Positions 40,353-50,450 of a DNA stretch of 64,000 bases are shown one piece after another. The notes below the pieces were generated by a model that saw only the letters and a list, made by a program, of their open reading frames with translations, was not told the DNA's origin and searched no databases. Position 1 is the first letter of the stretch. The number at the start of each line of letters is the position of its first letter. A program made the position numbers and the translations under genes. The stretch is from an uncultured virus (IMG/VR IMGVR_UViG_3300031232_000001) (Duplodnaviria > Heunggongvirae > Uroviricota > Caudoviricetes), in IMG/VR virus record IMGVR_UViG_3300031232_000001. One strand, written 5' to 3'.

Positions 40353-41662
40353 TATTTAATTTCTTTTTCATCAATGCAATCGTTCCAAATGTCGCAGGCA
40401 TCACATTCTTTTTTCTTGTCAGTATCTACACCAAATTTATATCCGTGCGGGCATTTATTCTTTCCATCCGATTTGCCAGCCGTTTTTGTGTTACGAGTCA
40501 TTGTTCCTTTTTTTACAGGCTTTGTTTCTTCTTCCTCGTCTTCCTCATCAATTTTACGGGATGTTTTCTTTTTTGGTTTCAGCCCTGTACCTTTACAAAT
40601 TGGACATTCTCTACCTCGGGAATCCTTACCTGAGCCTTCGCAAGCAACACAGCGGTCTTCCTCATCTACGTTTTTTGTCAATTTAGTTAATTTAACAGGC
40701 GGTTTTTCGTCTTCATCCTCCTCCTCTTCGTCCTCTTCGTCTTCAACAGGTCCCTTTTTTATTGGCTTTTTAGCTGTGGTTGTTGATTTACGTACAGGCT
40801 TTTCTTCCTCTTCCTCTTCGTCCTCTTCCTCTTCGTCTTCAATAGGGCGTTTTTTCAACGGAGCTTTTGATGTTGTTTTTTTGCGGGGTTTTTCGTCGTC
40901 CTCATCATCATTATCATCCTCGTCCGTGTCTTCATTTAATTCAAAAAATGCCGTTTTCAAATCTTCGTAAGATAAAATATTTAAGCATTCATCAAGATTA
41001 GGCACAGTTTCCAAAAAGTCTTCATCGTAGCTGTTTTCACGTTCCTCAAATTTAATTGCACGGGTTTCAGGAAATGGAGTACCTTTGTCTCCGATTGTTT
41101 TCCATTTTAAAGTTAATGCAAGTGTAAGTCCTTCCTCAGGATCTGGGAAGATTTCATTTTCATCATTTTCATCCAATTCCGTATCCAAACAATCCTGAAA
41201 CAGAGATTCCGCCTGATCCCATACATATGGAATTTGATCATGTTTTTTAGAATCTAGTGGAACAGGAGCATACAGGTATCTTTGTTGCGGGTATAATTTA
41301 ATTGCAGCCTCTTTATCTGTATCAAATAATTCCTTTTGAAATTCACAGATTGGGCATTTACCACCAATTGATTTTCTGCAAACATATTTTTGATTGTCCG
41401 CACCGATATTCTTATGCAGTAAAAAAGGACGACGGTACCACAATGAACCTACGGTAGCCTCTTCATGGTCAGGATGATTTTTATCCGTCACTTCGTACGC
41501 CATAAAATCCATTTTAACTTTTCTTACCGATTCATCAAAACTTAGCAAACTAACACCTTCGGGAAGTGTCAAATACTTGCTTCCACCTTTTCTGTTTGGT
41601 TTCTTTTTGGCGTTTGTTGCCACTCTGCCCCTAAAATTACTTTTCTTTTTTGTTGTTTTCAT
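40352..41662 (-). CDS. Single-stranded DNA-binding protein (gp32-like) with long acidic/basic tail and Cys motifs
   Basis: H...C.....CPIC zinc-type core; DPEEG; low-complexity E/D and K blocks; next to RecA and a mediator-like gene. Confidence 0.65.
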   Translation of the reverse strand: MKTTKKKSNFRGRVATNAKKKPNRKGGSKYLTLPEGVSLLSFDESVRKVKMDFMAYEVTDKNHPDHEEATVGSLWYRRPFLLHKNIGADNQKYVCRKSIGGKCPICEFQKELFDTDKEAAIKLYPQQRYLYAPVPLDSKKHDQIPYVWDQAESLFQDCLDTELDENDENEIFPDPEEGLTLALTLKWKTIGDKGTPFPETRAIKFEERENSYDEDFLETVPNLDECLNILSYEDLKTAFFELNEDTDEDDNDDEDDEKPRKKTTSKAPLKKRPIEDEEEEDEEEEEEKPVRKSTTTAKKPIKKGPVEDEEDEEEEDEDEKPPVKLTKLTKNVDEEDRCVACEGSGKDSRGRECPICKGTGLKPKKKTSRKIDEEDEEEETKPVKKGTMTRNTKTAGKSDGKNKCPHGYKFGVDTDKKKECDACDIWNDCIDEKEIK

Positions 41663-41683
41663 GTAAATTAAATTAGTGATTAA

Positions 41684-42184
41684 TTATTTATTACGTCTCA
41701 ATTTATTTGCTATTCCTGCATTCGTTCTTTTTGTTTTCTTCTCACGTTCCCACTGAATATCTCGAGGAACTTTAGGTCCTGCAAAATATTGTTGTCCGTG
41801 TAATCGTACTAAATTTTCTAATGCCTCCTTTCTTTGTTCAAAAGCTTTAACGGCACCCATTGCCATATCAAATTCATATTTTGCATCCAAATATTCCTGA
41901 AACGCCTGTTTATACTCAACGGTGGTAATGGTAATGCTTTCGATTGCCTTATCCGTCACCTTATCCAGTTTGTATTTATCTGGACTTTTTCGGATTCTTT
42001 GATCTATCTCCGCCTTCGTTATTTCCAAGGCTTGTTTCAATTCATCAAATTCCATACGTGTTTGAGCTAAATGTTTAGAATACCGCATCATTAAGCGGGG
42101 TTGTTCTAACCATTCAATATCCAATGCCTCTTCATCGATGGAAATATCCTTTTCGTAATTAATTATATTTTTTTCTTTTTCCAT
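41684..42184 (-). CDS. UvsY-like recombination mediator
   Basis: Helical, with IDEEALD.EW..QP, TDKAIE and AFEQRK..L; next to SSB and RecA. Confidence 0.5.
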   Translation of the reverse strand: MEKEKNIINYEKDISIDEEALDIEWLEQPRLMMRYSKHLAQTRMEFDELKQALEITKAEIDQRIRKSPDKYKLDKVTDKAIESITITTVEYKQAFQEYLDAKYEFDMAMGAVKAFEQRKEALENLVRLHGQQYFAGPKVPRDIQWEREKKTKRTNAGIANKLRRNK

Positions 42185-42738
42185 TATACCCCTGTTGTTT
42201 GACTAATTTTATACAATCGATAATCAATTTCCGCAGCAATACAAGCTCCAGCCACTGCCAGTTGTTCCTCACGAGACTTCATGAAAATTTGTTTTATAAA
42301 AGTAGGATCAAAATTTTTAGGCAAACGATCTTCATTGGCAAAAATAATATAATCTGCCAACCGCATCAAGTCTCCTTGTTCCAATTTCTTTTGGTCATGT
42401 TCAATTGTAAATTTATGTTTTTTCAATTGTTCAAAACGTTCCTTTGCAATCATTTCCGTACCTTCTGTTGGATAGATACAATTACAACCTTTTCCTATAT
42501 TATAACAATCTGCCAAATAATTTTCATTACTAAATTCAATAATAACACAATCTTCCTCATCCTTGATCATCATTTCTTTTTCTGAATCGCTGAGATTTTC
42601 CGCATCTGATAATTTACCAATTGAGGTGACTTCAAAGGTTGGGCAAAATTCATCATCAATTATACAGGCATTTTGTATTCTAACTTCCAAATTATCTGGA
42701 ATTTGATCTAATAAATGGATTAATTGTTGTTTGTTCAT
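42184..42738 (-). CDS. Hypothetical protein
   Basis: C-terminal IAKER..Q...EHD...L..AGA.IAAEID pattern common in phage hypothetical proteins. Confidence 0.45.
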   Translation of the reverse strand: MNKQQLIHLLDQIPDNLEVRIQNACIIDDEFCPTFEVTSIGKLSDAENLSDSEKEMMIKDEEDCVIIEFSNENYLADCYNIGKGCNCIYPTEGTEMIAKERFEQLKKHKFTIEHDQKKLEQGDLMRLADYIIFANEDRLPKNFDPTFIKQIFMKSREEQLAVAGACIAAEIDYRLYKISQTTGV

Positions 42739-42742
42739 ATTT

Positions 42743-43651
42743 TTAGTTTTTAATTATTGAATAACAGGCATAGACAAGTTGTGGAAATCCACTATCATAG
42801 AAAGGATTCATAAATTCCTCAAGTATTAACCCACATCGTTCATTATCTCCTTTAAGTAGTACAGCCTGGCAATAACCAAGAACACAACGTCGGATCCCTT
42901 CGGGTTCTTGGTCTTTCAGTCCGTTTAAAATAGTTGAAATTTGTTTCCAACTATTTGAGTTAAGCAATGCACGGCATAACTCAATTGCTTGACTTTGTTC
43001 CTCGGCTGTTTTCCTTGCCGTAGAAAGCCGCATTTCGTTAGGACAACTTAATACTTGTTCCAATATTTGAATAGCATTACGAGGATGTCCTAGGCTGTCT
43101 TGGATTATTTGATCATAAACGGCTCGGTCTATTACTTCATTTTCATTTTTAACCGTCTCCCTGAGCAACCTCATCATTTGATTATCGGAAAGAGGTTTTA
43201 ATTGATACGTTTGACAGCGTCCTCGCAACGTCGGAATTAATTTATTAAAATCCGTTGTACAAAGTACATAGAAAACATGAGCGGGAGGGTCTTCTGTAGG
43301 CTTAAGGAAGGCGTTCTGGGCGTCGTTAGTCATTTTATGTGCCTCATCAATTAACCATCCTCGTGCCTTGCCTTCAATCGGTTTAAATCCACTATTTCGA
43401 GATATATCCCTTATTGTGTCAATACCTCGCATATCCGAAGAATTGATTTCCCGTAAATCAGAACTAACACAACCCAGCATATTTAAAACAATTCGCCCAA
43501 TTGTAGTTTTACCACACCCCGTAGGTCCGTGAAAAAGAAAGGTGTGAGGAGGATTTGACTTATTTAAAATAGTAGTCAAAGATGTTTTCACCTCTTCATT
43601 TCCTTTTACTTGTTCTAAGGTTATGGGACGTATTTTATTGTAAAGGCTCAT
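42743..43651 (-). CDS. Clamp loader, DNA Pol III gamma/tau-like AAA+ ATPase
   Basis: LYNKIRP, GPTGCGKTT, IDEAH, AQNAFLK and TLRGRC. Confidence 0.85.
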   Translation of the reverse strand: MSLYNKIRPITLEQVKGNEEVKTSLTTILNKSNPPHTFLFHGPTGCGKTTIGRIVLNMLGCVSSDLREINSSDMRGIDTIRDISRNSGFKPIEGKARGWLIDEAHKMTNDAQNAFLKPTEDPPAHVFYVLCTTDFNKLIPTLRGRCQTYQLKPLSDNQMMRLLRETVKNENEVIDRAVYDQIIQDSLGHPRNAIQILEQVLSCPNEMRLSTARKTAEEQSQAIELCRALLNSNSWKQISTILNGLKDQEPEGIRRCVLGYCQAVLLKGDNERCGLILEEFMNPFYDSGFPQLVYACYSIIKN

Positions 43652-44013
43652 AATTTTTCGAGGTTATTGATGTTTGTGGAATCTGTTTCTCCTAAACAAT
43701 CCTTATAAAAATAATCAAAACCATCCGCGCTGATTTCATTACGAACTTTATTAATAATTGTAGTTTCGTAATTTTCATTTAAAACCAAAACAGAATCACC
43801 AATATTAATGATAGAGTTCTTTTTAGGTTGCTTTTTATTGGAGGCTGGTCTGGCTGGTATTTCTGCTTTTGTTTGCAAAGACCATTCCAATGCATTTATT
43901 TCCGCATTATTTTTAATAATCCTTAATTTATCATTCTCAATTGATTCCTTAAGCATTTCATTATTTTCCTTTGTTTCATCAATGTATTCCTTAATTTCTT
44001 GTTCTGTTCTCAT
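43648..44013 (-). CDS. Hypothetical protein
   Basis: 121-aa ORF. Confidence 0.45.
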   Translation of the reverse strand: MRTEQEIKEYIDETKENNEMLKESIENDKLRIIKNNAEINALEWSLQTKAEIPARPASNKKQPKKNSIINIGDSVLVLNENYETTIINKVRNEISADGFDYFYKDCLGETDSTNINNLEKL

Positions 44014-44017
44014 AATT

Positions 44018-47000
44018 TTAAGCTATTAATTTATATGGTTCTTTTTCTGCCCAGCTTCCATCAACTGGAGCAATATCAAGGTCAACATTTAATGGTACTA
44101 TAATCCAAGCCCAATGATTTGATAAATCTTTGCACGTAATTTGTTTTATTTTTTCAACTACCGCGGTACGTTCATCAGGGTGTACATCTAGGATCATACT
44201 ATCATGAATCTGTCCAATTAGCTTAGTGTCCATTTTATTTGCAATCAACCATTTATCCATTTGAATAAATGACCACAGAAGACAATGAAAGGCAGATCCT
44301 TGAATCGGATAATTAGTGGCATCATTCTTACTCATAACACCGCCACATCTAAATCCTGTATATAAATCTACAAATCCCCGCTTTTGATATTTAGCAAACC
44401 AAATGTCCTTCCATTCCGCATAAACTGGAAATCTATTTGTCCAAAAATCATTTTCAATTACTTTCAGATGGTCGGTAAATCTGTCAAATGATTGAATTTT
44501 ATTCGTAATTAAATGGTTTGACAAAAAATTATCCTCAAAAGTAATTCCTTGCCCTTTCGACCATTTCCCTTTATCAAGTTTGCCCCACGTGCAAGCAAGA
44601 TTTCCTGCACAATTTTTATACCAACTTCCGTAAAATTCAGGAAAAACAAATCCATTCTTTGCTGCCTTTCTTAGTTTATCATGAGATTTATCAGCCTTAT
44701 TAAATTCGTTGATAAAAAATATTTGCATTGCCATATCCCGATGCATATCCGTAGATGGGTCGGATACGTATTTTATTAATTGAGGATCCTTGTTGTAGCA
44801 TGCTGAAATGCCAACCTCAATCCCCTTGAAGTCAGCCTCCAGTATTTGATGTCCTGGACGAGGAAATAATGCACGTCTACATGCCTGCATTGATTCTTCA
44901 TCACGAATCGGAATGTTTTGAAAGTTCGGGCTGTCGGATGAATTATGTACACAAATTTCATTGGCAAAAAAGTTATGATAATTTTCTACCTCAATATCAT
45001 AAACATCCACAATTTTATTAATCCATTCAATCTTGGTAATATTATGATTCCCAGGTTTGAATGGACTAAATTGATTTCCCCATTTTCTTTTAATATCTAA
45101 ACCATATTGTTTATATAGTTTAATTAATTTATAATAATTATGACCTATTTTTTTAGATACTTCAGCCCGTCCTAATTCTGATAATTGCAGTAAATCCTTC
45201 TTCCAAATATATTTTCCATTCTTATCATACCGTAATCGAATATCCCAGGCATTAATAAAATATAAATCTAAATACTTTTTAAATACTCCAAAATCATGTT
45301 TGGTTTTAACTATTTTTCCTGATACTCTTGCCAGTTCTAATAAACATTTAAATTTAGATAAACCTAAGGAATTGACATTTTCCATTCCTTTTTTATAAAC
45401 TATTTTATGTCTATTGTCTGCCAATGTTTGTATTCTATTTTGTTTTATTTCATCGGAAACATTACTCCCATGTAGACTGGAATGTTTTTTCAAAGTCATT
45501 TTCCTTAAATTTTTAGGAGAATGGTCAAAATGATTTCCATTTCTATGATGAATTATTTCCTCATCCTTTAATTCTCCTACTAATTGAGAATAAATAAAAC
45601 GATGTTCCAAAATACCACTTCCATATCTTAAGTGTCCTGTAAATCTTAAGGTATCACTAATACGTTTACAAGTTGCTGGGCAGTTTAAACTCCTTATTTT
45701 TGGTAAATGTATATTTTCATTATCATCCCTTAAATCACCAATTAAGTTTTTAGCCTGAACATATGATCCATCTATTAATCTTATTTTATGTTCGGGGGTT
45801 ACATCAAGAAACCCCTTTCCTCCTCCACCATTAACTGAATAATGGATTCTTATTACCTCCTTATGTCCTGTTTTTCCTGCCCATAAAACCTTTTGAATTG
45901 ATGGGTTTAATTGATCATCAAAACAATAAACATAATCCCCTTTTTTCACATTTTCTATAGGAATCCCATTAGGATGATCTATAAAATCTCTGACCACTAA
46001 TACTAAAGACCCTTTAGATACACAGGACCTAAAGGTAATAGCTAAATTTAGATTAAAGAAAGGATGAATATATCCATTCACCTGTTCCCTGAGAAAACCA
46101 CCCAAATTATTGTCTCGCAATCGTTTTAATTTCTTACATTCCAAAAGCATATTGAGTTCCGGAATGTTTAATTGTGTTAAAGCCTCATCATCCGTCGCAC
46201 CCATTGGGTTTTCATCGGTGCTATTTTTGGTAAATTTTATAGGCTCTAATTTCTTTACTTTATAAAGAAAAGTACTTAGTTGAATTGGAGAATAAATATT
46301 GACTTTCCCCTTCATTGCATGCTCCCAATGCTTAAAGAAATTTGTTGCCATAAACAACTCCTCGAGTCTATTTATTTTCCTTGTTAAATGTTTTTGTTTA
46401 CTTTTAACAAAGTCAACATCTACCCGGATGCCTTGTTGTTCTGCCCGAGACAAAGCCAAAATACCTTCATGCAATAATTTATAGGCATTAGGGCTATTTA
46501 CATTTACATTCATATCGTAATTTTGAAATTTTTTAAGATAACATTTTACCGTGGCATGTCCGTCGGATGCATTTCCTTTTCGTGCCAACCATCTTTGTAC
46601 ATTACCTACACCAGCCAGATGACTAGCCCCGATAATTGCACTCCAAGAGATATAAACACCATCAATCGTATGTCCGATAAAATCCTCAATTGATACATTA
46701 TATTTTTTACTTTTAATTTTTGCAATTCGTTTATTTATTTCAATTAAACGTAGCATGTATAACACCTGAATTTCTTTATGGTGTAAGAAATATTCAAACG
46801 TACCTTTAAACCCTAAATATCGCAACGTTGATGGCATAAACTGAAATGCTCCTAGAGCACCTCTGTAATTAACTTTCCTCCATGCATTACCGTATTTGTG
46901 ATTTAAAGAATCGGGCCAAGTTTCAATTGATTTCATATCCAAGATAAAATGGACAATTGTTTTAGGACTATCTTCGATGTAACCTTTCATTTCCGCATCG

Positions 47001-47062
47001 AAATTAGGAGCGTACAGTTTTAATGGTATAATCATTAAAACTAAAATAATTGTTTTCTTCAT
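44018..47062 (-). CDS. polA: Family A DNA polymerase domain with intein, in frame with an N-terminal signal peptide and lysozyme-like domain
   Basis: PolA motifs PNFQNIP, ADFKGIE (A), RKAAKNGFVFPEFYG (B), NYPIQG and QIHDS (C). Residues ~1-184 contain GALGAFQF and SHLAG.GN of a lysozyme-like fold. Confidence 0.85.
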   Translation of the reverse strand: MKKTIILVLMIIPLKLYAPNFDAEMKGYIEDSPKTIVHFILDMKSIETWPDSLNHKYGNAWRKVNYRGALGAFQFMPSTLRYLGFKGTFEYFLHHKEIQVLYMLRLIEINKRIAKIKSKKYNVSIEDFIGHTIDGVYISWSAIIGASHLAGVGNVQRWLARKGNASDGHATVKCYLKKFQNYDMNVNVNSPNAYKLLHEGILALSRAEQQGIRVDVDFVKSKQKHLTRKINRLEELFMATNFFKHWEHAMKGKVNIYSPIQLSTFLYKVKKLEPIKFTKNSTDENPMGATDDEALTQLNIPELNMLLECKKLKRLRDNNLGGFLREQVNGYIHPFFNLNLAITFRSCVSKGSLVLVVRDFIDHPNGIPIENVKKGDYVYCFDDQLNPSIQKVLWAGKTGHKEVIRIHYSVNGGGGKGFLDVTPEHKIRLIDGSYVQAKNLIGDLRDDNENIHLPKIRSLNCPATCKRISDTLRFTGHLRYGSGILEHRFIYSQLVGELKDEEIIHHRNGNHFDHSPKNLRKMTLKKHSSLHGSNVSDEIKQNRIQTLADNRHKIVYKKGMENVNSLGLSKFKCLLELARVSGKIVKTKHDFGVFKKYLDLYFINAWDIRLRYDKNGKYIWKKDLLQLSELGRAEVSKKIGHNYYKLIKLYKQYGLDIKRKWGNQFSPFKPGNHNITKIEWINKIVDVYDIEVENYHNFFANEICVHNSSDSPNFQNIPIRDEESMQACRRALFPRPGHQILEADFKGIEVGISACYNKDPQLIKYVSDPSTDMHRDMAMQIFFINEFNKADKSHDKLRKAAKNGFVFPEFYGSWYKNCAGNLACTWGKLDKGKWSKGQGITFEDNFLSNHLITNKIQSFDRFTDHLKVIENDFWTNRFPVYAEWKDIWFAKYQKRGFVDLYTGFRCGGVMSKNDATNYPIQGSAFHCLLWSFIQMDKWLIANKMDTKLIGQIHDSMILDVHPDERTAVVEKIKQITCKDLSNHWAWIIVPLNVDLDIAPVDGSWAEKEPYKLIA
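44942..46024 (-). mobile_element. Intein (361 aa) with HNH-type homing endonuclease in PolA
   Basis: Starts CVSKGSLV, block B VTPEHKI, ends VYDIEVENYHNFFANEICVHN followed by Ser; internal EHR...IHHRNGNHFDH..KNL. Confidence 0.9.
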
Positions 47063-47064
47063 CA

Positions 47065-48363
47065 CTATTGATTTTGGTTTATACTATTTTTCTGCAATTG
47101 TGCCAGCCTATATTCAAATATGCTGTCTAAGGCGCAATACTTTAATAGTTTTTCTTTCCCTCCTGGTTTTTTAATTAATTCCTCTATTCTATTCAATGAA
47201 TTTCCATCCTTAGGATCTACGGAAATTAAATAAGGTTCAATTTCGCTGGAATAATCTGCAATGCCAAAATAAACGTATGTTTGAAATTTCAGTCCTGTTA
47301 CTCCTCTTCTATTGTCTAAAATATGAGCCATCAGCATTGTATCCCAATTCCATCCTTTTACCGATTGCCTTAATCTTACTTTACTCCACGTTTCTTCAAA
47401 TTTTAAATTATGTGCTATTTTTTTGATATTTTCATTTGCAAGTAATTGGACAAAAGGTTTACGTTGTATTCTATTTTCTGGAATCATGAAAACATAAACA
47501 TAATCCTTTGAAACAGCAACGGAGGCACAAATGATTTTATGTCCTTCTGCCTGCGGTTTCTTCCCTGTCGTTTCATAATCGAAAGCAACAATACCATTAT
47601 GAAATTTTGCCTTTGCTCCATATTCAATTGGAAAATAATTTAATTGTGTTAGGTCTTCAATTGTTTCAATTGTAGGTTCAACATGCACGGGAAACGGAAT
47701 TTCAATCATTTTAAAAGCCTCACGTAAATCCTGTTGCCAAATAGTAATTTCAACACTATTGGAAATCCATCCATTTTCTTTTCTCATATTATTTTCCATC
47801 TGTACAGGGCTGAAAACAGGGCAAATCCATGTTTTATACTCTTGGTCTGGAATCTGAAATCCTCTCCATTTAAAAATACTTCCGTATTTACTCTTATTTG
47901 TGCCTCCTAAATCTTTCTTCCAATGATTTCCGATTATACTGTAAACAGCAGAATGCCCAAGTAAAATAACCACTTTTGGTTTATATTTTTCAATTATCTG
48001 TATGGTTGTTTTTCGGCAACATTCTATTTCATGTGGAAGAGGATTTCTGATATTTCCGTCTTTATCCGTAGGCAAGCAATGACAGGCATAAATATTCAGG
48101 CAATCCTCAAATAAATCTACACCTAGTGTATTAAATGTACGTTGAAGTAATCGTCCTGATTTCCCTTGCCAAGGACGTCCTTTTTGATCCTCCACCTCCC
48201 CTGGGGCTTCACCGATTGTTAAAATTCCTCGCTTAAAATTCCCGTATGGTTGCATTCTCGGATTATCACAATTTTTATATAATCCGCAAGACGTGCAGGA
48301 AAGAACCTTCCCGTTAGGACGGCTTTTTGATTGTGTTTGTTTTTTTGTGAAAAATCCTTGCAT
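47065..48363 (-). CDS. Uracil-DNA glycosylase (family 4-like) fused to 3'-5' exonuclease (N-terminal part of split PolA)
   Basis: CTSCGL..C, GEAPG..ED..G.P..G.SG..L; ExoI FDYETTG, ExoII HNLKFE, ExoIII YCALD. Confidence 0.85.
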   Translation of the reverse strand: MQGFFTKKQTQSKSRPNGKVLSCTSCGLYKNCDNPRMQPYGNFKRGILTIGEAPGEVEDQKGRPWQGKSGRLLQRTFNTLGVDLFEDCLNIYACHCLPTDKDGNIRNPLPHEIECCRKTTIQIIEKYKPKVVILLGHSAVYSIIGNHWKKDLGGTNKSKYGSIFKWRGFQIPDQEYKTWICPVFSPVQMENNMRKENGWISNSVEITIWQQDLREAFKMIEIPFPVHVEPTIETIEDLTQLNYFPIEYGAKAKFHNGIVAFDYETTGKKPQAEGHKIICASVAVSKDYVYVFMIPENRIQRKPFVQLLANENIKKIAHNLKFEETWSKVRLRQSVKGWNWDTMLMAHILDNRRGVTGLKFQTYVYFGIADYSSEIEPYLISVDPKDGNSLNRIEELIKKPGGKEKLLKYCALDSIFEYRLAQLQKNSINQNQ

Positions 48364-48374
48364 ACCGCGTTTAA

Positions 48375-49466
48375 TTAAAATGGTAAATCATCATTTTCCT
48401 CAACCTCAAATTTGCTCTTTTTATTTGAAGTTGCTTTTTTAGTTTTTGCGGGCTTCGTTTCACTCAAGGCAGTTACATAAATCCAGCCCTCACCTTCAAA
48501 TTTCATCTTATTTGATGAAATAGTGCATTCTGATTGTTCCGATAAAATGCCTTTGAGCAAATACGGCATAATTTGAAATGAAATAGGAGTATCAGAATAT
48601 TTAATATTTGTTTCTTCCTCAAACCAACCACAATCTGCATCCGATGAAATTTTTAATTTCTTATCCGCAATCGAAACGGAAATTAATTCATCGATGGTAA
48701 AATCTCGTTTTGCAAATACCGATGCCCTATCAATCATTTCCGAAACAACTGAAGGAAATGTAAGTTTTGAACCTTTACATTGTACATGTGTTGAAACGTC
48801 GGGGTATTCATCTTCAAAAATTCGACAGGAAATAACCGTGCCTTCATCTGTTTTAAAATGAATCCATCCTGTGCCTTCTGCTATTCGTGTTGGTTGTAGT
48901 TTAATTACATCAATAACACTACGAACAGGTAAAAGAAAAGATTGTACAGGCATTTCGCTGTCAAGACTGCAAATGGTAACACGGAAACCATCGCTGGAAA
49001 TTATCTCACCTTCTTGCGTGACATTAACACAAGTAAGAATAGGTTGACTTTGTTCTTTTGAGGAACCACCTACCGCAAATTTCAAATATTTAAGAAAATT
49101 AGCGGGGAGTTTTTTAAATTTTCCGACCTCACTTACATCTTCATCCAACGGCAATTTAATTTCAGATTGCAAAGTTAAACCGATTTTTGATTTCCCCGAT
49201 TGAAGTATAATTTCTTTATCATTTATTGTAACTTCAATTTCGTCGGTTTTCAATTTTGTTAGAATTGAATAAAGTTTTTCTGCCTGTATAGCTCCTTCAA
49301 GTTCCAGACCATCTACGGGATGACTAATACTTATTTCATCATTGTAGGTGATTACACAACCATTAATGAATGCAAATGAGGTAGCCTGTTCAATTAATTC
49401 CTTACTAGCTAAACCTGGTTTAACTATTTCTAAGGCTTTTTGTAGATTTGATTTATTTATCTTCAA
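48375..49466 (-). CDS. dnaN: DNA sliding clamp (DNA Pol III beta-like)
   Basis: 363 aa; PILTCV, SSDGFR and YPD motifs. Confidence 0.75.
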   Translation of the reverse strand: MKINKSNLQKALEIVKPGLASKELIEQATSFAFINGCVITYNDEISISHPVDGLELEGAIQAEKLYSILTKLKTDEIEVTINDKEIILQSGKSKIGLTLQSEIKLPLDEDVSEVGKFKKLPANFLKYLKFAVGGSSKEQSQPILTCVNVTQEGEIISSDGFRVTICSLDSEMPVQSFLLPVRSVIDVIKLQPTRIAEGTGWIHFKTDEGTVISCRIFEDEYPDVSTHVQCKGSKLTFPSVVSEMIDRASVFAKRDFTIDELISVSIADKKLKISSDADCGWFEEETNIKYSDTPISFQIMPYLLKGILSEQSECTISSNKMKFEGEGWIYVTALSETKPAKTKKATSNKKSKFEVEENDDLPF

Positions 49467-49467
49467 T

Positions 49468-50445
49468 TTAATAAGTTATTAATTTTTTTGGTTTATTTTG
49501 AATAAGGAAATATGATAGAAGACGTCCTTTAAAATCAACGTCTGGATGATTTGTGTTTATGTTATTCCAAAATTGCTCCTCATAGCCTAAAACATCCCCC
49601 GCAAAATAAACCGTTAAATATTCTGTGCCTTTACTTTCTTTTGTTAAAATGCTCCACGGCCATTGTGGAATTGTAGCTTTCACCTTTTGTAATAACATTA
49701 AATAATTCCATGTTTCCCTGTGCAGTGTTTCAGTGCTTAATTGATCTAATGTCAAATTTAATTCCTTTGCATATCGTTCCAAACAACATAAAACACCTTT
49801 TGTACAACGAAATTTTAATGCTGTATCTCGGGAACTAACCTGCATTACCTTTAAATCTTTGCTAGTAAATTCAGGCATAAAAATACCTCCGTACATTGCA
49901 AGTTTACGACAGGTAGCAGAATCAACACTGAACCAAGGGTACCGAGTCATTAAAGGAACACTAGTACAAGCAAATCCATGTACCTTTACACGAGGGAATC
50001 CTTGATCATCAATCAAATTATCCTTGAATAAACGATCCAGCCATGGGAGTAATACTTTTGTGGGGTTTGGAACGAGTCCTCCCAAGGCAATGTATTCATA
50101 TTTATCCACATATCTACGCAACCATTTTTCATCACAACCAAGATGAAACACAGGAATAGGACTGAGCCCTTCCGACTCCATTATCTGTTGATTTTCGTAG
50201 GTTAAACGAGGGTTATTAATTACATCAAGATTGCTGTATACATCAATTTTACTTTTATTTTCATGTAAAAATTTAATGTAATTTGTCCTGTATGTTTTGT
50301 ATCCCTCTGTATTTACATAGTCATAGGTATCATATTTACGTTCCGACATTTTACTTCCCATAATTCCCTTTTTTTCAAGTTTTCTGGAAAGTTTGTTATA
50401 CAGAGAAGGAGCTCCGCAATCTACGAATACTGGATAATTTTTCAT
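49468..50445 (-). CDS. dpdA: DpdA-like DNA 7-deazaguanine transglycosylase (TGT fold)
   Basis: VDCGA, LDVI, PIPVFH, IALGG, KVHGFA and PWFSVDSAT; clustered with folE, queD and queE. Confidence 0.75.
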   Translation of the reverse strand: MKNYPVFVDCGAPSLYNKLSRKLEKKGIMGSKMSERKYDTYDYVNTEGYKTYRTNYIKFLHENKSKIDVYSNLDVINNPRLTYENQQIMESEGLSPIPVFHLGCDEKWLRRYVDKYEYIALGGLVPNPTKVLLPWLDRLFKDNLIDDQGFPRVKVHGFACTSVPLMTRYPWFSVDSATCRKLAMYGGIFMPEFTSKDLKVMQVSSRDTALKFRCTKGVLCCLERYAKELNLTLDQLSTETLHRETWNYLMLLQKVKATIPQWPWSILTKESKGTEYLTVYFAGDVLGYEEQFWNNINTNHPDVDFKGRLLSYFLIQNKPKKLITY

Positions 50446-50450
50446 TAGAT

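Noticed and set aside
40374..40970. Ser-rich + strand ORFs (also 53922-54122 and 54243-54611)
   Set aside because: Antisense shadows of poly-Glu/Asp codons.
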